Shown here: piece after piece, positions 54,448-64,000 of the stretch
Position numbering within the stretch: the first letter of the stretch is position 1
How the letters are laid out: each line of letters starts with the position of its first letter
Assembly (NCBI GenBank): GCA_965644295.1
Contig: CBFFRP010000322.1
Span: 6,085 to 70,084, forward strand
Direction of reading: 5' to 3'
DNA length: 64,000 nucleotides
From: Paraphysomonas bandaiensis
Taxonomy: Eukaryota; Protista; Chrysophyceae
Position numbers and translations under genes: made by a program
The notes under the pieces: model-generated
Seen by the model: only the letters and a program-made list of their open reading frames with translations
What the model was told of the DNA's origin: nothing
Database searches by the model: none

Positions 54448-56633
54448 GATAGAGGCTGCATGCTTATATACTGCACAGATCTCGGAGTAATGAGCAGACA
54501 CACAGCTGTACATATCATACATATACATATATGAGCTGCTGTATTCGCTTGCTGTCTCTCTCTGCATACTGACTGTAGGATTCCTATCTGTATGATAGAT
54601 ACACAGCACAGCACAGCACTGCACTGCAGCTGGAAGCAGTGGTTTCGTTCTGTATTTTTTTGGAAATAAGCCCCTTTTTTTCCCTAAATCACTATTTTCA
54701 TCACTATTATTTTCAGTAAACGAAAAAAACCCTACTTTCTGCTGTATTTCAGCTGATATGTAGTGTCCTGTATATGTCCATTGCTTTGTCTTGCTGTGAA
54801 CGGCCATGTATGTATGTAGCAATGTAGAGCTAGATCTATTCAAACTGCAGCACAACAACACTAATCAGACACCGAACACATACGAAACACTTCCACTGAT
54901 GTAGAGGTACATGAACAACTATAAAGACGGATTAGTTCTTGTATATATGATGTACGTCTGCTAGTGTATATGTAACGGTCATATGCAGAGGGCACTCTGT
55001 ACAGAGCGACGCACAGGTCCAACAATATTCAATGGTATCAAGAACGGCGTACAAGTCACATGTGAATTACGGCCATTCTGTTTCAATGATAAAGCAGTTA
55101 CATGCTGCTGAGGTTATATGCGACCAGTCTACCGAACCCCCTGAGGGTCATCTCTATCACCTCTCTCTCTCTATGGGTATATAATTATTTCATAGATATA
55201 AATGTATTAGGTACTTGTGCATTTACATATATCCTTATAGAGGGAGAGTAGGGAGAGTAGGGAGTAGGTAGTTCGGTATATTGAAAAAGAATCGAGACCT
55301 GTCCTCTATCACCTTAATGGCGCCGAACTAAGTCTCTCCATTCCATTATAACATGACACACCAATGACCAAATTGTCTTCAAGTTTGCTTATTTTTACGA
55401 CAAAAGTATAAACACGTAGGGATTATGTAACATTTGGTAGATTCTGGCTTGGGTAACAATTAATTGAATTACCAATTGTTTAACTGGTTTTAAAATGATA
55501 ATTCTAGTTATTATTATCGGTATATAATGCCAATTGCTAATTGAATGGCTAGGCTTAATGATATAGCATCGTATGGTGCGTAGCTACTGGTCATATAAAC
55601 TAATCCACTATCTGTTAGTATAGAAGACCGTATGCCACTATATCATTATTAATCATTATTGTGTGAGTGACAGTATCAGGGTTAGTGTAAATTCAACCTC
55701 AGCACGCAAGAGTAATTCCATGTGAAAAGTCTTTGATGTCTCGCGATTAAAGTCGAAGTGGATCGTGTCAGGGTAGAAAGGTTTAACATCGTCTGTAAGC
55801 TTTTGCTATCAGATGGAGAAGAAACTCTTGATCTGAGTGACATCCGGGGGGTACAATTTGATGTTTTAATTTGCTAGTACCCTGAGATGAAATTCCATCT
55901 GGGTGCAGATTTCCATCTGTGGTAGTTAAAAATACAGGTGTGACGCGTTTTGATAAGATATATATAGGTTAATCCCTTGGTTTACTTAAAGACAATCAAA
56001 AGAACAAGAAAGCACGCACCAAACTGTCAATACGATGTCGTTGCTTGAATCAATTGTATAGCACTACCATTATTTGTGAAAGGTTGTTTAGCAGAACTAA
56101 GTTTGTTAGAGTGATTTTCCCAAGCGAATGTTTCTGCGTGCTGAGTACTTTTGGGATGAGGTTGAAGTGGAGTAAGCAATTCGAAAAAGTAATAGAATTA
56201 AAGGCAATTAACTGCAAATTACAATTGTTATTGTTGGATACCTCTCACCAATTTAATGTTACGCAAGCCTTCCAATACTTCACCTAGATTGCAAATATAA
56301 CTACGAGGTAGCTCGGTTCTCAGGTGAGCATTGGTAGCACTGGTATATCACATTCATTCGCCGTCGATAACAATGATGGCGTCGGCTTCGCGCGAGAAAA
56401 TTACGTCGAATTTAGAAAAAGTAGAATATATTACATAACAATATAGACGTATTTACATATGTGGAAACTCAAATCCACAAACAGTAATTACTTCTTCAAC
56501 TATTACATGATATGATATGTAACACCTTGTACTTTCTAATCCAATATATTTGCATATATGAAAGAATTATCAGAGAATACGTATTGAACTGTAGAATATG
56601 GAACAAACATTGTAGATGTAAATAATAGGGCTT

Positions 56634-59600
56634 CTATGAATTCTGAGGGTATATTTTTTTCGATCCCCTCTTCTCACTCCAATCGAGAAGTAGTTTTCTG
56701 ATATTGTGTCGGATCATAGATATAATACCACCAACTTTACGCGCGTCTGCGTCTAATTCATTCAGTTTTTCTAATATTGACCTCAGCAATGGTGGTTGCG
56801 ATGAAATGCCACAAAACTGAACAGCAGACAACTTCGACTGAGTCATTCGAATGGCTTTCGACACGAGATCCATCACATCATATAGTTGTGACTGACCACA
56901 GTGGTGCTTGAAGGCTCCGTATACATAAGGAAGTATTGATTCAACTTCCCGTTGCGCTAAACAGTACTTCGCAGCACGACACGACGAATGAAATGTAAAT
57001 GGGTGCGGAGTTGGCTTTCCAGACTTTATATGATGGTAAGCTACACTGATAATATATACACAGTTAGCTTGACCATAAAAAAAATGCTACAGACCTTAGA
57101 ACATGCGCAGGTACACTTTCATCGAGTAAATTCTCCAGTACAGTTGCCACTGTGGCATGAAGAGTCTTGGCATCGCTACAAATATAAATTAATAATATAA
57201 TCATATAGTATTGCACTATACCTAGGGGGAAGTAGATCATAAGCAAATTTTCGCATTAAGCCACTGCTGAATGCCATCACTCCGTCAAAAAGAGTTACTA
57301 AAAAACCTCTGTTCTCTAGTATGTGGAGAATATGCTCTAAAGAAGGTCCAAATTCTTCAGGAACCACATCTCGCAATACAGCCACGTCAAATTCCTCCCC
57401 AATAACGCTAGCCGTCTTTAGAACGCTTCTTGCATTGTGCGGCACTCTCTCAAGCATAGTTACAATGAGTGAATTATCAGCTATGCCAGACATCACATCA
57501 TCGATATTAGTCTGTTGTGTATCGTGGCAGTACTCAATTATCTTCCATAGGAGAAAGGGGGTGCCTTGAGACACCGAAACTATGGCACGAATAGCATCGT
57601 CTGATATATTCGAGAAGCCTTCATTCTGGATAATATTGGATATGGTTCGCTCATTTAACGGGCGCAGCATTAACGTGTGTAAACAGCCTGACTGTACAGT
57701 GCTCTTGAAAGTGTCATATTCTACACCATGCCTACGAAAGAATAAAATTGTCACTATTAAGCCTATAATACACACGTACATACATATTACCTTGCAGGTG
57801 TCCTAAGCACTTTAACGCTACTCTGAGGCAACTTCGACGCCGACTCATATGTTAGCTTTATCATATTTTCCGTGGTTGTGTCTCCGTCGTCATCCTCTCC
57901 GAAAAAACACCCCATGTTCATACTTGTGGGGGTAGTCGCAGGAGAAGGCGAATGCATAAATGAATGCGAAGATCGCAAAGATATAGAAATTCCTTCCATT
58001 GACCCATTATGGCATGACGTGAGAGATGGTAATGACATTCCATGAGTGCGAATAGACAGAACTAGCATTGCAGAAGAACCTAATGTAACTAACTGGGTCA
58101 ATGATTCCCATGTGGAACGACACATAAAATGAGAGTCGTCGATTGCCAACACAGCCACACCTGCACTGAGCATATAGAACAATAGCTGCGCGACTATCTG
58201 CGTGGAACTCACATCGAATGTCTGTGAGCAGGATCGACGAACTGCATCGTGTGGGCCCGACGGCCAGGACCACTGTAGGTCTAAAACGGTTTTCAATATA
58301 GAAAATATAGTCCCACTAATATATTCGCGATGATGACTCGAAAAAGAGTGAGAAATGATATTTATAATTTTATCTTTTTCGCATCGAGCATCCGGGTCAT
58401 CTATAACAGCGACAAGTGCATTAAATATCTTGCGTATCGCACTCCATGGTGTGTTGTCATCTTCACGTCGAATCGATACGAAAATAGCGTCACGTTTGTA
58501 TGTTCTATGTGCCAGAGATTCCGAAGACATCACACGATGGATGAAGTGATTCAGCGTAGCTGTTTTTCCTGTATTAACAAATTCACTTTTTTATCCTATT
58601 CAAGATGTTCAAAATATACCTGAGCCAGAGGCGCCCTTAATAACGAACACCTCAGTCGGTGGGCACACTTCTCCGCCATAAGCATACCGAGTAGGCCTGC
58701 TCAGATTGAAAGGGTGGTCGAATCCAGATACGTCGGAACTAGCTGAAAGAGTACACACAACATCAGCAGTGTGCTGCTGAACCTCACACGGTAGGGCTAT
58801 ATTTCGAGTGGTATCTAAAGGCAGGGAAATATCTACTGGATTTTGCTGGGGAATCTCCGAAGGCATTGAGTGCATATGACTAAGAGATTGGTCGCTGTAC
58901 TGGGACTGGGACCGTCCAAGTGTAGGTTCCGTGGTATTCGATGACGACCGCGAATAAAATTCACTCAAATTCGATGATACATGGAAAGCGTCACGAGAAT
59001 TAGAGCACGACCTCGATATCGGATGGGAATGAACTGCTGACTCCACAACTGCTAAGGCATTATTCAATTTTCTCCTAGCATATCCTTCAATCCCTAACAT
59101 GTAGTCTTCTCGAACGTCGGCAGCATACGGTGGAGGGAGTTGCAAGGAAGTGTAGCAGAAGTACCTTATAGCACGAGGAATTCCTTTCAAGTACAGTTCC
59201 TCAGTCGGTGCTAAGTGTGGAGAAAGATCTAAGTGGATCTTGTCATGAGTAGTTTTGTCCAGTAAAATACGACCCCTGGCTTTGCCCATCAACCGTGCGG
59301 CTAGATTAACCGAACGGCCGATAGCCACATAATCCCTCCTATAGTCAGTCCCAACAGTGCCGCAATAAACACTTCCAGTAGTAATACCGATAGAAATCGT
59401 ATGGGACTGAGCTGAAGCCTCATTTCTCATCATAACCGCACAGCGAAGGGCTTTGGAGCAGCTGGCCGCGTGGGTAGCAGTAGGTACCCCCCAAAGGCCG
59501 ATCAGTACACATCCCTTGTCGTCAATAAGGAACTGTCGCATAAATCCCCCGCACTCCTCCAGGCACCTTTGCATTGCCACAAAAAAAGGTTGAAGAACTC

Positions 59601-60714
59601 GCACATCATAGCTGCCAAGAGAAGAAAAACTATCAAGTCTTAAAAATAATGTGGTGACATTCCTAATCTCTGCTAGTCCATCCACAGTATGACAGCGTAT
59701 CGCGTCTATAGCAGGTGCAGGTACACATTTCTCTACGTCTTCTTGAGTACACCCACCGGGAAGATTGAAGGCAGGAGAACGACAGAACCGCTCTTTATTC
59801 TGCATACAAGATAAACTGAAGTCAGTAAAATATTGGAGATAGTATTCGGCTCCACACCTCAAGTGTATAAACCATACACGATACTTACCTCAGAAAACGG
59901 TGTGCAATAGGTAATTCTATAATACTTATCTTCCTGTCCTAGGAGCTCACCAGTTACAAATTCCTTCACTAGTGAGTATACGTTTTCCGTCACTACAACA
60001 TTCTCCGCCGCTGCAAGTTTAAGACACGTCGCTATACTACTCATAAATGGTCCATTCATGATGTATGTATGTTTCCCGTTATTGCCGCCTACAAAGCCCA
60101 TGTTCATGCAGCCGTTTGATACAGCCACGTGAGTCTGAGTTCCATCCATTACACACTTAGTTATACTTATTCCACATTGAATAGCACGTAACGAGCTCTT
60201 TTCCAGTGACGGCTCGTGAATATCTGGCAAAAAAATGCACAGCAAAGAGTCGCCGGCAAACTCTACCACTACACAACAGACCTATAATATATGCAAACCA
60301 ATTGTACAACATCTCACCTTCACCGCCATGTGAATATATAATTCGCACAAAATTTGCAAAAGAATCATTGGTGATGAGTCGCAATTGATCAAGACCAACC
60401 TTTCCTTGAGAGCAGAGTGCACTTGACAACTGTGTGAATCCAGATATGTCCGCAAGCATAAAGACACACTCCGCATTATAGCAACTTCCCAATGGAGGCA
60501 ACTTATTGATACAAGTGGGACAAAACGATGCCATTTGTTCCAGAGTATAAGGAGATGTCCCACCTTCTGCAGTTTCATAAGAAAATCCTTTAGCACTGCT
60601 ACTCTTAGGCGATGTGGCGAAGTATCCCTCTGACTCTGAGCTATAGCTGCTGCTGTCTGACCGGTGAAGATTTGCTATCGACCGCTTCGACAGCTCATAG
60701 TTGGGGAAAAACAT
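56634..60714 (-). CDS. Soluble adenylyl cyclase (ADCY10)-like: two class III cyclase domains plus a P-loop/STAND NTPase, multi-exon
   Basis: C1 FMLADISGFTQLS and GGE|VVEFAGDSLL; C2 QFLIDDKG, SIGITTGSVYCGTVG, IGRSVNLAARLM; Walker A GASGSG|KT; Walker B AIDDSHFM; SQGTPF; VLKTASVIGEEF. Confidence 0.9.
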
Positions 60715-61033
60715 ACGGGCAGCTAGAGTACAGATGAGGGCCAAGTAATGTGGAATCAATTCGATATAATCATATCTAATGAGTTCTTGTATTTACTACC
60801 CTGCTTCACTTGTCAAGTCACTGTATATATATACTGCAGTATATAACTACAAGTAACCAGAGGGCAATGCATCGTGCTAATCTGTATGATGGTAACGCCA
60901 TCCCCTCCATTAAGACTACTTCCCCTCCTACTTCCAAGGTGCGATCAACACAACACAACAAAAAATAATTTCGACTCATTTGATTGGCCAGTTGGAATTT
61001 TAGCTTGGAGTGAATGTACACTCCTGCAATATT

Positions 61034-61345
61034 TGTATGTATGTACGTATGTATGTATATGTATGTATGTATGTATGTACGTATGTATGTATGTATGTAT
61101 GTATGTATGTATGTATGTATGTATGTACGTATGTACGTATGTACGTATGTATGTATGTATGTATGTATGTATGTATGTATGTATGTATGTATGTATGTAT
61201 GTATGTATGTATGTATGTATGTATGTATGTATGTATGTATGTATGTATGCATGTATGTATGTATGTATGTATGTATGTATGTATGTATGTATGTATGTAT
61301 GTATGTATGTATGTATGTATGTATGTATGTATGTATGTATGTATG

Positions 61346-61375
<30 letters not shown>
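61034..61375. repeat. (TATG)n microsatellite, about 340 bp, with TACG variants
   Basis: Direct reading. Confidence 0.99.
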
Positions 61376-61376
<1 letters not shown>

Positions 61377-61970
61377 GGTGTTCCGGGAATATACTGTATA
61401 CTGTATACCCGACCCCTACCCGGCTCTACCTAAGTATGGGGCAGCCTCTGCTTGAGTAAAATCGTCGTATGTTGTAACTTTTCCAATAATATATACAGGT
61501 GTACCCCTAGTGGGTTGTGCATCTCATCAACTTAATATTGCGGTCAATGAACTCATCGGTAGCAAAGAAAAGAGAACTAAGGAAGGAGTTGTAACAAGAC
61601 CTAGACCACTCATTCGGCAAGTAGAGACCTGCTCATGGGGAAGTTTAAGCAGCCTAAGAATTTTCCTTGCTACTTGTGGCCAAATCAAACTGCTACCAGA
61701 AAAGATAAATGTGACAAGATGGTCCTCTACCTTTCAGGTTCTGCTAAAGTGGTTGCGTATTAAAGATCATGTATCAAAAATCGAAAACTTACTGCATGCA
61801 GTGACTGATATGATTACTACTGCACCGAATTCCGAGATCACCGCCCTTGGATACGACTTGAGAAAGTTTGAAAGCGTTTCCAAGCTGCTTCAATCAAAAG
61901 GATTAAGTCAAGTGAATCTTTAAGAATGCCGGAACATTTTTGACAGCTTGTTGAGAGACTTCGGGGCTAG
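61376..61970 (+). mobile_element. hAT-like transposase fragment between TATG tracts
   Basis: VPLVGCASHQLNIAV (CxxH), NVTRWSST, FESVSKLLQ..NL*ECRNIFD are hAT-type motifs. It has an in-frame stop and deletions. Confidence 0.75.
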
Positions 61971-62427
61971 GTATGTATGTATGTATGTGTGTATAGTATG
62001 GTATACCATACGGTGTTGTGCGTGTATGGAGTATATGTACTATAGTCTATGTATGGTATAATACACAAACAGGATCTCCTTATCAATCGAAGTGTTCTTT
62101 GAGGCCATATCGAGCAAACTATTGGCTGGAGTTTGTTCTATAAATTGGCGTACTTTTAACTATAAAAAAGAAGATATGAAGTCAGTAAAGAAAGTTCATA
62201 GAAAATTATACGGTTACTTTCAGTTCATTTAAGTCCAGTCCCATTGTTACTATATTGTGATATAATGCTGTAGTTATGATGACTATGACTGCAAGAGAAT
62301 TATATTACTCTGCCTGATATGTGTATATATATATATTCATACATGTGTATATATATCAGAGTGTTGTGTTTATACACAGTGGTGTATGCTGCAATGAATG
62401 TACTGTACTGCTGTACTCTCTGAAGTA

Positions 62428-64000
62428 CAGGGTCGGTCAAAAAGAAAACAACAACGGTTTTTCGAGAATTTCACTTAAGCAAATGTAAAAACTGGATATT
62501 ACTCTCATAATAGGAAATGTGTAGTTTTTTTAGGGCTTTCTAATGAGCTATTCAGCTTAAAAATTGGTGAAAATTTTCTTAATTAAAGTGTCAAAACCTT
62601 GATTTTTAGGCTTCTTATAAAAACCCCACACTTAATACTTAATGGCATATCCTTTCGCATCTATCACAGCTTGACACCTTCTAGGCATGCTATCTACTAG
62701 ATCAGACAATAAGCTAACTGGGAGTTCATTCCATGTCTTCAGTAGCAGCTGAAAAAGCTCGTTTAGGTCGTTGGAAGATCGGTCTTTCATGCGATGATCT
62801 AGTATTGCCCAAAGATCCTCTATCGGGTTCAAATCAGGAGATTGAGCGGGCCAATCCATACGGATAAGATCTTGGTCATCATACCATTGCCGTACAATTC
62901 TCGCGGTGAGTTTCGGATCGTTATTTTCTTGGAAAATACAGTCGAAATCAGGGTATAGTCGCTCTGCACTGGTATAGAAATGGTTTTCAACGATGCATAG
63001 GTACTGTTCCTTCCTTAAAATTCCCTCCACACGGTACAAATCTCCTATGCCATGAGCACAGAAACATCCCCAAACCATTATTTTATCGTCATGCTTCACT
63101 GTCGCTGTAGTACAGGCCGGATCATATCTATCGCCAACAGCTCTCCAGCAACGCTACTTTCGGCGATAGCGAAGAACAAAAGGGGACTCGTCCGACCAAA
63201 TAACTTTTCTCCACTGTTCAACAGTCCAATTGAGGTGAGCTCTCGCCCATTCCAATCTCCTAATTCTGTTGCGTTCGCTAACAAAGGGCTTTCTTGTGGC
63301 CCATTCCGATTGGAAGTTGGAGCAACTGTTAATACGGCGTCTAACGTCCGTTCTAATACCTTAAGTTAAGGAAAAAGAGTTTTAAGGTGTGGTCCACTTA
63401 CCGTACGATTCTTCTATACTTCTCTGATATTCAATGCATCGTCTCTTTCAGTTGTTTTTCACTTTCTACCGGAGCCAGGAGTGCGGTCGAAACTTTTCGT
63501 CGAGAATATTTTGTTGTAAACTCTGCATAAATTGCCGGAATTTAGCTTCATCCGCTTCCCAATATCACGAAAAGTAAGTCCGGCATGTCGAAGTGCGAGT
63601 AGCTGCATCTTGTCAGCACTATTCATGTGATAATGCCTTCGTGGAGTTCGCTTCTTTCGGCCTCTCCGTTCTACACGTACCATTAACCAAATCCAATCCT
63701 AACTGAAGCAAACTGCAGTGCATACAATGTATTTAATAGTTCACTATAAGTAATAGCGTCTAAACGCTTCCATTAAAGTTGTAATAAGATTTTAATATGA
63801 CACAGGGGTTTTTAGAGTCAATGCGAAAACCCAGGGTGCCTCTTTATCTCACGAAGGAGCAGAAATTACATATACAACATCATATATCAAAATACGTATC
63901 TTGAAAAGCTCTACATTTTTTATTATTTGAGTTTGCTCTGATTTTTGACATGTGTTGAAAAAACGCGAAAAAACCGCGGTTGTTTTATTTTTGACCGACC
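62428..64000 (-). mobile_element. Tc1-like (DD34E) DNA transposon, full-length but inactivated; the right TIR is cut by the window edge
   Basis: TA + CAGGGTCGGTCAAAAAGAAAACAAC at 62428 and the inverse GTTGTTTTATTTTTGACCGACC at the window end; transposase motifs inside. Confidence 0.92.
62632..63683 (-). pseudogene. Tc1 transposase pseudogene
   Basis: HTH region, GSGRK*K, VIWSDES, VKH..IMVWGCF, FQENNDPKL (canonical FQQDNDPKH), WPAQSPDLNPIEDLW. Four in-frame stops and one frameshift near 63345. Confidence 0.9.

Noticed and set aside
54448-54861. N-terminal 138 codons of the 1665-aa ORF
   Set aside because: It starts at a non-ATG codon and has promoter-like low-complexity composition. Domain similarity begins only after Met 54447.
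55140-55270. Imperfect inverted repeat (CTCTCTCTATGGGTATAT / ATATCCTTATAGAGGGAG)
   Set aside because: Short, low-complexity and mismatched, with no TSD; not enough to call a MITE.

Overview
Eukaryotic genomic DNA with many very short (about 40-60 nt) GT-AG introns and the standard genetic code. The gene content suggests a flagellated stramenopile (chrysophyte-like ochrophyte), which is an inference. About 18 protein-coding loci were reconstructed by hand: an SDR, a PX-PH protein, an orphan SAM methyltransferase, an IMPACT/YigZ-domain protein, an ELAV-like RRM protein, a C45 Ntn-hydrolase, RPL24, proteasome beta2, GCN2, an intronless bacterial-like Gfo/Idh/MocA oxidoreductase, WDR47, a two-pore-channel locus, a large DUF5745/Rdx/Zn-finger mosaic protein, a soluble-adenylyl-cyclase-like protein and several unknowns. 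Mobile and repetitive DNA comprises a deleted pogo element, a decayed Tc1 element, a hAT fragment, MITE-like elements, a four-copy dispersed repeat and long (TATG)n tracts just upstream of genes. The top finding is at 37293-44051 (minus strand): two complete, divergent two-pore channel (TPC) units appear to be joined in frame by canonical short introns. This would give a single four-domain (24-TM) TPC-TPC channel with four different filter sequences. All family assignments come from motif recognition by eye; no database searches were run.
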